Shown: positions 35,246 through 44,795, counted from the first letter of the stretch. The stretch is DNA of 64,000 bases from a virus (IMGVR_UViG_3300033066_001917:128001-192000), one strand, 5' to 3'. Numbers and translations: made by a program. Notes: generated by a model not told the origin, from the sequence alone.

Positions 35246-35585
35246 CGATTCTCTTTACAACCCACACACCTGGGACCGCAACGTACCCGGGATCCCATGT
35301 ATTCCCGTAGTGTGGCTCACAGGAATAATGTGGGTAAGGACAAGCCCGTCGGTTTGATGTCGGTCGATAATAGGTATAGGAAATAGGTTTCCCAGAGGGG
35401 TCAGGCGTGCCGCGACCCCCCACCGTTGGTCCCCCGTAAAGACATTTGAAGCAGCCTGGGGGTTTGTGGTAGGTTGGGTCTACGTAATCTTGGGGGGCAG
35501 TGATCCATTGCCATCCCATTCCATACATAGAATCATGGGCTGAAAGCATTCGGATGGGGTAGGTGGGTTTAGCAGTGACGGACAT
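35019..35585 (-). CDS. hypothetical protein
   Basis: Follows CGTAA motif and AGGA RBS. Confidence 0.55.
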   Translation of the reverse strand: MSVTAKPTYPIRMLSAHDSMYGMGWQWITAPQDYVDPTYHKPPGCFKCLYGGPTVGGRGTPDPSGKPISYTYYRPTSNRRACPYPHYSCEPHYGNTWDPGYVAVPGVWVVKRIVDKRGLPVDMGHLHPEIDYYMVQEPRYHLEEGAMASMPGGMPCPWCMSKCDYSHSSLAFCLEDPTHIFEWVPWGG

Positions 35586-35606
35586 GAGTCCTTTTACGGA
35601 TAGTCA

Positions 35607-36285
35607 CTACTTCTGGACCGTGTATCGACCACTCAAATAATCCTTGAGTCGGAATTTCTGGCCCGTTGGATGGTAGGTTACACGATCATTTTGAACTTGA
35701 ACGGTCCAGTTTTTGTCCCCCCGTTGACCCGTTCCGATCTGCGACCTCCTATCCTTAGACCGTTGCTGATGCTCTCGTTCCTGGATGGATTGCCAGATCC
35801 TGGACCGAAGGAATCCCAAAGCTAGAATTTTGTTCTGATTCTGAGATCGTTCGGATTCACAGTGAACTACCACACCAGTAGGGACGTGCTTAAGGTCTAC
35901 CGCGGTTTCAGTTTTGTTTTTGTTCTGACCACCGGGACCAGATCCACGAGAAAACGTCCACTCCAGATCATTCGGGTGGATTGTCAACTGTGTTTGTGTT
36001 GGTTCGGGAAGTACCGACACGGTTACGGTTGACGTTTGAGTCCTCCCCCTTTTTTCATTCGGGGGTACTCTCTGCCACCTGTGGCCACCAATCTCTGGTT
36101 GAAGCAATTCCTCGGCCCTATCACCGATGACCTTGAACGAGATCGAACCCGTTCTAATGTCTAAGACCTCAAGGTCAAAGACCCTCCAGGCCAACCTTCT
36201 TCGCAAGTACAGAAAACTGCTCGTGAACTAAGTCTTTGGCATCATCGCCGCCTTCTGCGGCTCGAATTTCTACGTGTACACTCAT
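35607..36285 (-). CDS. class I peptide chain release factor (RF1-like, lacks domain 1), +1 programmed frameshift at 36180-36174; ~225 aa
   Basis: GGAGG RBS, MSVHVEIRAAEGGDDA...GL, then CTT TGA C; +1 frame gives EIGGHRWQRVPPNEKRGR and GSGPGGQNKNK. Confidence 0.9.
36174..36188 (-). promoter_or_regulatory. prfB-type +1 ribosomal frameshift signal
   Basis: TGGAGG-GT-CTT-TGA-C. Confidence 0.85.
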
Positions 36286-36364
36286 GATGTGAACCTCCAA
36301 AGAAGAGGAGAAAGAGAACGAAAAACAATACCATTACGCTTCCGGTGGGTAGGTGGTAAAGATA

Positions 36365-37135
36365 TTAACCCTTAGAGGTACGAAGAGTTAGGGTTGGTAG
36401 ATATGTTTCTGAGGGTTGACGAATCCACTGGACGAAATTGGGTGGCACGTGATGTGGGTCCACGGATATCATGTGGGCACGCTGACTTCTCGCAATCCCC
36501 ATCACAGCATCAGTCAAGGATACTGAAAACGATGTCCCCACAAACAAAACAGTTTTGGCGTTGTAGACGGCTTCTTGAATTGCGTCGAACTGATACGAAC
36601 AATGATCCTCGTAAAACTCGTCAAACAGCAAAGCATGAGGCCGAAGAATGGAATGACATCTTGGACACTTAGGGAGGTTATCCAAAGTGGGATGGTCAAG
36701 AAATCTATTCCAGTCGCTAGAATGATAGGTCAATAGCCCATTCGGGCTACCAAAAAGGCAACCATAGTCGGAAGAGCATCTAACTCGATCCGCGGATCCA
36801 TGAGCTTTGATGGGCTTAGACCCGGCCTGCTCGTGGAGAGTGTCCACGTTTTGGGTCACTAAGGTGAACTTGAAGGGATAAGACTTCTCCAAATCTGCTA
36901 ATGCAAAATGTGCCGCATTCGGCTCTTTTTCTAGAATGGACCCAAAACGATGGAGGTACCATTGCCAGAACTCAACCGGGTTATTCCGAAAAAATGCATT
37001 TGTGGCCAGATCCGTGACATCTTTTGACCATATTGCATCGGGATCTTTCCCCCGAAACGTAGGTATCCCACTGGCTAGACTAATACCGGCCCCCGTGACA
37101 ACGACGAGGTCCCCTGAGAGTTCAATGCTGTTCAT
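36365..37135 (-). CDS. cobB: Sir2-family NAD-dependent deacylase (CobB-like)
   Basis: TGAGISLASGIPTFRG, TQNVDTLHEQAG, HGS, CxxC, VGTS. Confidence 0.9.
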   Translation of the reverse strand: MNSIELSGDLVVVTGAGISLASGIPTFRGKDPDAIWSKDVTDLATNAFFRNNPVEFWQWYLHRFGSILEKEPNAAHFALADLEKSYPFKFTLVTQNVDTLHEQAGSKPIKAHGSADRVRCSSDYGCLFGSPNGLLTYHSSDWNRFLDHPTLDNLPKCPRCHSILRPHALLFDEFYEDHCSYQFDAIQEAVYNAKTVLFVGTSFSVSLTDAVMGIARSQRAHMISVDPHHVPPNFVQWIRQPSETYLPTLTLRTSKG

Positions 37136-37455
37136 GCGGGGTCAGTTTTCGCTTCGTAGGAGGAAAGTTCGTACCTGTGTTGGTAGGGGCCATCATATGG
37201 AGACGGTAGGGAGTCAAAAGGAACCACGGGGTTGATACTCTCCCAGATGGACTGGCAAATCCACATATCCGGGTCAAGGCGGTGGAAGCACTCGTGACAC
37301 ACAATGACCATTTTCCAGCCCCCACCTCCGGGACTGACCGAACAGTCAAAGGTAATCAAAGGTTCCATCGGATCATCCGTTAGACCATCCGAGGGATACG
37401 GATACACTTCTTTGACGCTTGGATCTTTTTCAACTCCGCATCCGTGACATTTCAT
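37132..37455 (-). CDS. hypothetical Zn-binding protein
   Basis: CxxC pairs; coupled. Confidence 0.55.
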   Translation of the reverse strand: MKCHGCGVEKDPSVKEVYPYPSDGLTDDPMEPLITFDCSVSPGGGGWKMVIVCHECFHRLDPDMWICQSIWESINPVVPFDSLPSPYDGPYQHRYELSSYEAKTDPA

Positions 37456-37820
37456 TTGCTGGTCGCCTTTTCATTGCAAGCATCACAGAGGGTAGAAAGC
37501 CACCCACCAATGGTTCTGCGCTTGGCAGTGCCATCACCGCAAGCCTCGCACGTGGTCTCGGAGATGGTTTCCGCTTGTGCACATCGGTCCTCGCACCGTT
37601 TGCGGATGTCATCCTGACCATCCTCAGGATGATCCAGGTAGATCCTGAGAGCTCCGAACTTCTCTTTCACCTGGACCACGGTTCCGGAGAACCCGTAGCT
37701 GCTCAGGTCCCGGAACGTATCCTGAATGATGCCGTACCACCCATCCCCACACTCAGCATAGGGGGCGTTCTTGAACTCAGGGAACTGACCTACGAGTTCC
37801 TTCCACTTGTCTCGGTTCAT
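37452..37820 (-). CDS. conserved phage protein
   Basis: CGDGWYGII...QVKEKFGALRIY...TCEACG. Confidence 0.75.
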   Translation of the reverse strand: MNRDKWKELVGQFPEFKNAPYAECGDGWYGIIQDTFRDLSSYGFSGTVVQVKEKFGALRIYLDHPEDGQDDIRKRCEDRCAQAETISETTCEACGDGTAKRRTIGGWLSTLCDACNEKATSK

Positions 37821-38221
37821 AGCTTGGGCTTACGCGGTTTCCGCACCGTTTTGAATTGGAAACTCTCGTAGGGATCCTCTCTCCTACCTAACAGAGAAAC
37901 CCAACGCCACTTTCCATCACGGAACCAGTAGACCTTGTCAGACCAATTCTCATTGGCTTCCACCCACACTGATTCCATGGTGTCGTGGGTCCTTGGTGGG
38001 TTCCAGTAAGTCAGGGTGTTGCAGAACTCCGGCCATTGACCCACAGCCGGGTTTTCACCGAGACAGAAGAGATCCCCAAGATCAATGAGGGAGTGAGCGA
38101 GATCCAGGGTCGCATAGTGCTGGCGAAGCACCGGACCCGTTTCATGGGTTGGACCCGTCGCTAGGTAGGAGGAGAGAAACTTGCCGTCCCTCTCTACTAC
38201 AATGGTGGAGCTATCTCCCAT
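37817..38221 (-). CDS. hypothetical phage protein
   Basis: Follows CGTAA motif; coupled. Confidence 0.6.
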   Translation of the reverse strand: MGDSSTIVVERDGKFLSSYLATGPTHETGPVLRQHYATLDLAHSLIDLGDLFCLGENPAVGQWPEFCNTLTYWNPPRTHDTMESVWVEANENWSDKVYWFRDGKWRWVSLLGRREDPYESFQFKTVRKPRKPKL

Positions 38222-38260
38222 GATGATGTCCTGTCTTTACGAATTTCGGTTTCGAGTCGA

Positions 38261-39250
38261 TTGAGTCACAATTGCATGGAAAAGAAGACATGCCCCCACT
38301 GCGGAACGGAATTCGTGAGTAGGTGGAGTAGTCGATTCTGCTCGAAATCGTGTTGGTATGACAGTATCAGACCGAAGGTTAGCGGGATTTGCGGTCATTG
38401 TGGCAATGGTGCTCTAGATCCGTTGCGAACCAGACTAGCAAGGAGGTCCAAGTCGGGTCACATCTTCTGCAACCATTCGTGTGCGGCAAAATACAGCAAC
38501 ACCCACAAAACCACTGGCACCCGTAGGTCCAAACTGGAGGTGTGGCTAGAAGAGAGGCTTCGGGAACGCTACCCGGACCTTGACATCCACTGTAACCGAA
38601 CTGATGCAATCAATGGCGAGCTGGACATCTATTTCCCAGGACTGAAGCTAGCTTTCGAGCTCAACGGGATTTTCCATTACGAACCCATCTACGGGGAGAA
38701 AAACTTGGGGAGGACCCAAACTAACGATGCCAGGAAATTTGCGGCCTGTACCGAACGAGGGATTGAATTGTGTGTGATTGACACGAGCAGGATGCTTTAC
38801 TTCAAAGAGAGGTGGGCTCACGAACACCTGAAGGTGGTTTGTGAGGTTCTTGATGGGGTGATTGCTCAGAGAGTTGGAGATGGGTGGGATATTGGATCAA
38901 CGGATCCCACAAGAGGGAGAGCGAGCACTCCCGAACCGGTCAAACCAAGAGAGTTGCCGTTTGGTGCGGCAAAACTGTTGGAGAGGGCTATGACGTGGGA
39001 TGTTGAGATGAGAGACAATGGATGGAGCCAAGGAGATTTGGCTAAACGGGAGGGGATTCACGTTAGCATTGTAGCTAGAACAATGTCCACTTTGAGGATT
39101 CCAGAGGAAATGAAACAGAAACTGCTGTCCAGAGATCCATCTCTTGGTAAATTGACAACCCGTCAAATTCTCAGTTTAGCTCGGAGTCAACCAAAAAGTG
39201 GGAAATATAACTCTAAATTTGGAGTGAGGAGGGAGACTCGAACTCCCTAG
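38261..39250 (+). CDS. Zn-ribbon + PD-(D/E)XK endonuclease + HTH, copy 2
   Basis: Core nearly identical to 7128..8132 (SKSGHIFCNHSCAAKY...ELDIYFPGLKLAFELNGIFHYEPIYG). Confidence 0.82.
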   Translation: MSHNCMEKKTCPHCGTEFVSRWSSRFCSKSCWYDSIRPKVSGICGHCGNGALDPLRTRLARRSKSGHIFCNHSCAAKYSNTHKTTGTRRSKLEVWLEERLRERYPDLDIHCNRTDAINGELDIYFPGLKLAFELNGIFHYEPIYGEKNLGRTQTNDARKFAACTERGIELCVIDTSRMLYFKERWAHEHLKVVCEVLDGVIAQRVGDGWDIGSTDPTRGRASTPEPVKPRELPFGAAKLLERAMTWDVEMRDNGWSQGDLAKREGIHVSIVARTMSTLRIPEEMKQKLLSRDPSLGKLTTRQILSLARSQPKSGKYNSKFGVRRETRTP

Positions 39251-39309
39251 ATCCCATTACGGGCACAGGGGCCACAACCCTGCCGCTGGACCACTTTGCG
39301 CTTCCTCAC
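39220..39309 (-). tRNA. tRNA-His(GTG) with long variable arm
   Basis: CAGGG-TTGTGGC-CCCTG, 18-nt variable region, CCA. Confidence 0.8.
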
Positions 39310-39321
39310 AAACAAAAACCA

Positions 39322-39406
39322 TGCAGCGTGAGGGAATCGAACCCCCTCTGATCCTAAGACCTCCCGGGTTACGGCCGGGACCCTTCCCATTCAGGCGCAA
39401 CGCTGC
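39322..39406 (-). tRNA. tRNA-Tyr(GTA)
   Basis: CCCGG-CCGTAAC-CCGGG, long variable arm. Confidence 0.82.
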
Positions 39407-39418
39407 GTCAATCATGAG

Positions 39419-39502
39419 TGGAAGTGGTAGGATTTGCACCTACGGGGGTTTTTAGGCCAACGGGTTTACAGCCCATCGCTATCGCTACTCAGCCACACTT
39501 CC
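39419..39502 (-). tRNA. tRNA-Tyr(GTA)
   Basis: ATGGG-CTGTAAA-CCCGT, long variable arm, TGCAAAT T-loop. Confidence 0.88.
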
Positions 39503-39649
39503 ATATTATTGACGTGTCTTGCAGGGGATACCAGACCCCTGGACATTGGGGTCAATAACTATGGTGGTGATGGTGCGTCATGGTGTTGTATCCGTCTTAC
39601 GCTTCTGAAGCTCGTTCGATCTAAAGAACTGACCGATAGGCAAATTATT

Positions 39650-39994
39650 TTAACTTGGTTTTTGTTTCAAACATTCACGGCAAGTTACCCGGCCCCATAC
39701 CCAGGCTCTAATCGAGTGGGGGGGCGCTAAACCACACACGGAATCCCCCCACTCGGTACTAGCGTGGACCCCACATTGTGTGCAACCATGGGTACCACAT
39801 GGGTGACTGACACCAGCACATCCCGTTTTGATGCGGCGGCACTCGGAACACCACCCAGCGCACGTATCATAACAACTCAAATCCGGTGGGGCTGTGAGTT
39901 CACACTCTCTCCCACAAGGGAGAACGTGCCTTACTTTCAAACCATCGGGATCTTGACCACATAGGGTTCCACATCGCTCACAGTTTACGAACAT
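39650..39994 (-). CDS. Cys-rich hypothetical protein
   Basis: Many CxxC. Confidence 0.5.
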   Translation of the reverse strand: MFVNCERCGTLCGQDPDGLKVRHVLPCGRECELTAPPDLSCYDTCAGWCSECRRIKTGCAGVSHPCGTHGCTQCGVHASTEWGDSVCGLAPPHSIRAWVWGRVTCRECLKQKPS

Positions 39995-39997
39995 GAT

Positions 39998-40462
39998 TCA
40001 AAGCTCCAAAATCGTTGGTAGGATGTCAACCATTGGATCGTTGCCAAGAGTATGGCATAGATCTTGCCAAGTTGTGAGCCGTTTCGATAGCTGACCAAAT
40101 CTAACAATGCTTCCGTCTCGCCCGTAGCCATAGAATTGAATGAGAGCTACGCGCCACGTATTGTTCGAGGGGTCAAATACAATGGAACCTCCTACAAGTG
40201 GTTCAAGTTTCCCGTCCTCCCATCTATCCCCTTCTTTCTCAATCCAGCAATCCAACCCCAACCATTTTATGTCCGCGTGGAGAACATGGTATGCATCCCC
40301 AAAGAGAATCTCTCCGGTTTGAAGAACCACAAATCGGGCCAGCTTATGGTTTCCAAGGGGGGTGAGATTGTCGAACCAATCCCTAGTAGGGTCGGATACA
40401 ATTGAAATAGGTGCTTTGGACTCGTATTTTCTCCACGCTGGGATAACTTGACGGATTCTCAT
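39998..40462 (-). CDS. hypothetical protein
   Basis: GAGG RBS. Confidence 0.6.
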   Translation of the reverse strand: MRIRQVIPAWRKYESKAPISIVSDPTRDWFDNLTPLGNHKLARFVVLQTGEILFGDAYHVLHADIKWLGLDCWIEKEGDRWEDGKLEPLVGGSIVFDPSNNTWRVALIQFYGYGRDGSIVRFGQLSKRLTTWQDLCHTLGNDPMVDILPTILEL

Positions 40463-40470
40463 GCCTCACC

Positions 40471-41367
40471 TTAAGTCCGCACCCAATTATAGTCCCCTTG
40501 ATAGGACCAGTTATTCAACCCAGCTCCAGTTGTGATGTCATTACCACCAAGTGGCCGAAGGGTGGCATTTCCATCGCGAGTGATAGTGAGATGCTTCGCC
40601 ATATCCTGAGGATAGGAAACCACCGCATTTCCAGATACATGGACTTTTACACTGGGATCGAAAATAGAAACTTGGGCATTTTCCGATGCTTCGATGAATC
40701 CACCGTAAGCTTTGACTTTCACTTCACCCGAAGCCAGAACTTTCGTGCTGTTGTGGGCATCCACATGACAGGACCCCCGGGCAACAATTTGGGCGCGGTG
40801 TACCGCGTAGATATGAGCATCCCCCTCGGCATTCACCACCGAATCACCGTGTGGGAAGATCATCCCCGACCCGGAGACTTCAAGAATGCTTTGATTATGG
40901 GCGGAAATAGCCCGAAATCGACCAGTTGCTTTCAAACGGGAATTGTCATGGAGGAATACCCCACCGGGGCTGGAAGACATGACACATGCATCACCCTTGA
41001 GAATGAGAGGGAAGTCCGGACTATTCAAATGATGGGTACCCGAAGCAAATACTCCGACAACCGCCAAATCTTCAGTGGTTGCCGGTCTCAAGAGTCTCAC
41101 GGATTCTGCCGCAATATTTGACAAATCCGTTTCTGATTCCCCTCGAATCTCCGCTAAGTAAATATCCAGATCCCAGGCATAAGGACTCAAATGATGCCAA
41201 AAAGTTGGCTGATCCGTTACGTGATACCCAGATTTTCCTAGAGAGACGGGAACGGGTGGCATCCACTCTCCGGGTACCCATGTCCCATTTTCCATCTTGG
41301 GGAGGTTCCACACACAGGATCCAAAGCAAGGAGAAGTTCCCCGCCAAAGAAGTTTGAACAGTGTCAT
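40471..41367 (-). CDS. DUF7666-like protein with beta-helix repeats
   Basis: W.PGEW...GYH...RLLRP N-domain then ~10-aa V.A.G.S.V repeats. Confidence 0.65.
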   Translation of the reverse strand: MTLFKLLWRGTSPCFGSCVWNLPKMENGTWVPGEWMPPVPVSLGKSGYHVTDQPTFWHHLSPYAWDLDIYLAEIRGESETDLSNIAAESVRLLRPATTEDLAVVGVFASGTHHLNSPDFPLILKGDACVMSSSPGGVFLHDNSRLKATGRFRAISAHNQSILEVSGSGMIFPHGDSVVNAEGDAHIYAVHRAQIVARGSCHVDAHNSTKVLASGEVKVKAYGGFIEASENAQVSIFDPSVKVHVSGNAVVSYPQDMAKHLTITRDGNATLRPLGGNDITTGAGLNNWSYQGDYNWVRT

Positions 41368-42287
41368 TTTTTACCCCAAGTGAAACTGCCCTGGTACACC
41401 CACCGACTTTCCCCTTTCTTAACGAGGATGTCCTTTCCTCTCTTGCTCACCACGGCAACCGCGGATTGGCTAAGGGTTAGAATTCGAGGGCTACCTTCGC
41501 ACCTAACGACAGCACTCTCTCCGGCGTGGATCCGGGTTTTGTTGGCACCTTTAGACGTGTCCAACACATAAGCGTTTTCATACGCCTCGACGATTACTTG
41601 CCCCTCGTCGACTTGCACAACGCTGTCACCGTGAGCCAGAATTTTGGTGCTTTCTGACCCCACGACCCTAGCTGTCATACTAGCCTCCACCCTAGAATTG
41701 CCTGAAGCAAGGACGGAAGAGTTACCTTCTGCTAACACATAAGCTTCCTCGCAAACGTCAACTGTTGTGTTACCAAAGGCGTGGATCTCAGCGTGGCCCT
41801 TAGCCTCGCAGTGGGTCCCACCCGTGATTACAACCTCGGCATAATCATCAGCATAAACTGAAGTGCAATCATGCGCTTCAACCCTGGCTTTCCCCCCCAC
41901 AAGAACTCGTCCCACCACCCCTGAGATTTTATGGCTTCCGCTCGTGTAAATATGGAAAGATTTGAGCTCGGATACCGTCAAGGGACGTAGCAACCGGCAA
42001 GAGGCCACGGCAAATTTTGTGCCCTGGGTAGCAGTTTTCCTTCCTCTGTATTGAGTTAGATATGCTACCGGGTTGTCAATCTCCCACCAACATTCCGGAC
42101 GGTGAGTTAGGTGGTATCCACGATGGCAAATAATGGGGGTAATTGACTGGGTCCACTCACCGGGAATCCATTTCCCACCTTTGCGTTTTGGGAGATCCCA
42201 CGTGTAGTCCCCTCCGTGACTAGACTTGTTTCCGGACAGAACTTTGATTGCAGTATTTTTGGGGAATTGCATGGTTAAGTTACCCAC
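41364..42287 (-). CDS. DUF7666-like protein with beta-helix repeats, paralog
   Basis: Same architecture as the adjacent gene. Confidence 0.65.
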   Translation of the reverse strand: MGNLTMQFPKNTAIKVLSGNKSSHGGDYTWDLPKRKGGKWIPGEWTQSITPIICHRGYHLTHRPECWWEIDNPVAYLTQYRGRKTATQGTKFAVASCRLLRPLTVSELKSFHIYTSGSHKISGVVGRVLVGGKARVEAHDCTSVYADDYAEVVITGGTHCEAKGHAEIHAFGNTTVDVCEEAYVLAEGNSSVLASGNSRVEASMTARVVGSESTKILAHGDSVVQVDEGQVIVEAYENAYVLDTSKGANKTRIHAGESAVVRCEGSPRILTLSQSAVAVVSKRGKDILVKKGESRWVYQGSFTWGKK

Positions 42288-43429
42288 CCATTGAAATCAG
42301 TGGTGCTGGTTCTCCACTCCTGATGAAGTTTCCGATACCTAGGGAGTTCCGTAGCCTTACCAAATAGAACTTTGTGACTGGGGAGGAGAGCTACCTGTCC
42401 ATTCTCTAGGGCCATTGCGTGGAGCAGGAGGTTATCATCTACCCAATCCACTGTGAAAAGGTACAGAGCCTGGACCCATCTATTCTGCCGAACGAAAAAG
42501 GCTTTGGCTTTCTCTCCAGTTAGCAGATTATAGGAGTCTACTGAGATTCGACCCTCGGGACACAAAGCATAAGTAAGGTCTTTCTCCTCCAATAGATCAA
42601 CTGACTCTTCGGATCCGGGTTCCATCCAACGAATCATATGAGCAGGAACGTAGCTGAAAACCGCTCCCGTTCCCAACAAAACCTCGAACGTGAGGGAGTG
42701 ACCCTTATAGCTGTTGACGGCGAAAATACGTCCTTTCGTCCACCCTTTAGCTTCCGGATCCATGTCCTGAAGAACGCGATTGTCTACCCAGACGTTGTTG
42801 GGGTAGACGTACCCATGATGTGTTGAACTTTTTCTAGGCATGGGGGAAGCCTTACCCACCCAACCCAGAACATTTTCTATTGCTTCATCCAGATTTCGAC
42901 AAGCAATTGGCATGGGCGTTTCATATCTATCATTAGCGGGTGGATCCACGTCCCCATGAAGACCACCAAGATTGATTTTCAACACCCTGGAAGGATCGAG
43001 GATCCCAGTGGAAGTCATCCATTCCACCGTGTCTCTAATCACCCTAACCCCATGGCGCTCAAAGTCAGACGGGACTATAGGGTTGTTGGGGTAGTTCAAC
43101 AGAATGAGCAGATCCTCATCCGGTCGGAATAGAAGAGTGAAATCCCTTGGGTTACGCAGCCCCTCAATCACCAGGAATCCCTCCTCAACGCAGTGGTGTG
43201 CATGAATGTAATCCACACACACGTTAGGGTTTGAGGCTAACTGGCTACAGGAATAATTCGTGATATCTCGAAGATAATCCGGACTGCCCACCACAACACC
43301 AGGAGGGGGCACATAACGGCTTTTGACCCACGTAGACCCGGAAACAAGTTCGTAGCTAAGTTTTTTGGCTACCCGACCGGCAATCGTGGTTTTGCCAGTT
43401 TTGGTCAACCCCAGGACAAAGATATTCAT
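42275..43429 (-). CDS. P-loop (NMP kinase-like) domain fused to unknown C-terminal domain
   Basis: GLTKTGKTT; VIEGLRN. Confidence 0.7.
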   Translation of the reverse strand: MNIFVLGLTKTGKTTIAGRVAKKLSYELVSGSTWVKSRYVPPPGVVVGSPDYLRDITNYSCSQLASNPNVCVDYIHAHHCVEEGFLVIEGLRNPRDFTLLFRPDEDLLILLNYPNNPIVPSDFERHGVRVIRDTVEWMTSTGILDPSRVLKINLGGLHGDVDPPANDRYETPMPIACRNLDEAIENVLGWVGKASPMPRKSSTHHGYVYPNNVWVDNRVLQDMDPEAKGWTKGRIFAVNSYKGHSLTFEVLLGTGAVFSYVPAHMIRWMEPGSEESVDLLEEKDLTYALCPEGRISVDSYNLLTGEKAKAFFVRQNRWVQALYLFTVDWVDDNLLLHAMALENGQVALLPSHKVLFGKATELPRYRKLHQEWRTSTTDFNGWVT

Positions 43430-43465
43430 GGGTTTTTTACGTTCCAGTTGGGTGTATGGGACGTT

Positions 43466-44002
43466 CTAGCATGGATTGACGGCGGATTTCCACTCGTGGG
43501 TCTTTTGGTCCAATTCCGCAATTAGAGCGAAAACAATATGACCTTGAGGGATCCACGGAACCGAAGTCTTTCGAATCACAACACCAACACCCTCTCGCTT
43601 GACCCCATTGATTTCGACGGTGATATACTTACACTCCATCTCATCTCCGGGGAAGAGGCAAATAGAAGCATATCGTTCTACATGCCAACCGACTTCGGTC
43701 ATCGCTTTCTCATCCGGTTCACTACGCGCCTCACCCCACGTAACGAAACGTTCTGGGCAAGCCTCGAAAGCATATCCGAACTCATAGGCCACGCGCTCAT
43801 GTAAGGCGTGACTCTGCACGTTCATCCCAATAGCGTGGTTTTTACGGAGAGTGCCGGATCCCTTTGTCTCGATGAACTCGGCCATACCCATATTGCGGGT
43901 AGCCACTCGGCGCTCAACCCATGGAGACCTGTCCTCCGGCATAGGAATGATTTCAGTTGCCCTGGATCCACTAACCCGCAAACCAATTGCTGTTGGAATC
44001 AT
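43466..44002 (-). CDS. hypothetical protein
   Basis: Coupled ORF. Confidence 0.6.
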   Translation of the reverse strand: MIPTAIGLRVSGSRATEIIPMPEDRSPWVERRVATRNMGMAEFIETKGSGTLRKNHAIGMNVQSHALHERVAYEFGYAFEACPERFVTWGEARSEPDEKAMTEVGWHVERYASICLFPGDEMECKYITVEINGVKREGVGVVIRKTSVPWIPQGHIVFALIAELDQKTHEWKSAVNPC

Positions 44003-44580
44003 GCCGCGCTCGGGGGTGGCTGAAGTGGGAGGTGGCCCAGGGTGTAGACATCACCTCTTCGCTTACCCTCGGAGAACACAGCTACAGCTCCATGATAGAT
44101 ACCACCCGCCATTTCAATAAGGCGCTTGGTAGCTTCCAGGCTCTCTCCGGTGCTTACAACATCATCCACCACAACTGCCCGACGCCCGCGAATTTTCTCA
44201 GCATCCACTTCAGGGAGGTAAAGCTTTCGTACCTGACCCGAAGCATCCTTAGACCCGGAAGTGATCGAAGACAGATTGGTCTCCAAGCACGGACCCATAT
44301 ATCCCTTTTTTTCTTTGGGGGCAACAATGGTCTTGAGTCCAGACTCTCGTCCCACCACATGGAGAATGCACTCGGCTTTCCCCGCTGGCATAACCAGGAT
44401 CTCAGTACCAGGAGGAAGAATTCGGGCCAGACCTCTCCCAGTACGTTCACACATAAGCCAATCCCCACGTGGATTGAATACAGCCAGATGGATCCCGGGG
44501 GCTACTTCAAGAATAGGTAGCTCCAGTTGGCAAAATTCGTAGATGCCATACCGAATAGAAACTGTGTGTGTTCTTGTCAT
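43999..44580 (-). CDS. apt: adenine phosphoribosyltransferase-like type I PRTase
   Basis: VVVDDVVSTGESL PRPP loop; SITSG. Confidence 0.85.
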   Translation of the reverse strand: MTRTHTVSIRYGIYEFCQLELPILEVAPGIHLAVFNPRGDWLMCERTGRGLARILPPGTEILVMPAGKAECILHVVGRESGLKTIVAPKEKKGYMGPCLETNLSSITSGSKDASGQVRKLYLPEVDAEKIRGRRAVVVDDVVSTGESLEATKRLIEMAGGIYHGAVAVFSEGKRRGDVYTLGHLPLQPPPSAA

Positions 44581-44795
44581 ACTTTGTTTTCCGCAACCGT
44601 TAATGCGTTCGAAATAGCTTCCCGTTGGATGTCTACGGCCTGAAGTTGATCCCTGAGAACCCGAACCCCAAGGGCAGATGCTTCCTTGAGATCCTCTGGT
44701 CTAGTGAGGAGGCCCTGAAGTGAAAGACCGATTAGCCTTAGCTCGGCTTTGGTCAGTTCCACACTGTAGGTTATTCTAGCTGTCATGGATCCCAT
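44577..44795 (-). CDS. hypothetical protein
   Basis: Coupled ORF. Confidence 0.5.
   Translation of the reverse strand: MGSMTARITYSVELTKAELRLIGLSLQGLLTRPEDLKEASALGVRVLRDQLQAVDIQREAISNALTVAENKV

Noticed and set aside
35607-36206. ORF-track start (MRRRLAWRVF) for the release factor, or a pseudogene call
   Set aside because: That TTG start lacks an RBS and omits the EIRAxxGG strand; the break coincides with a canonical frameshift signal.
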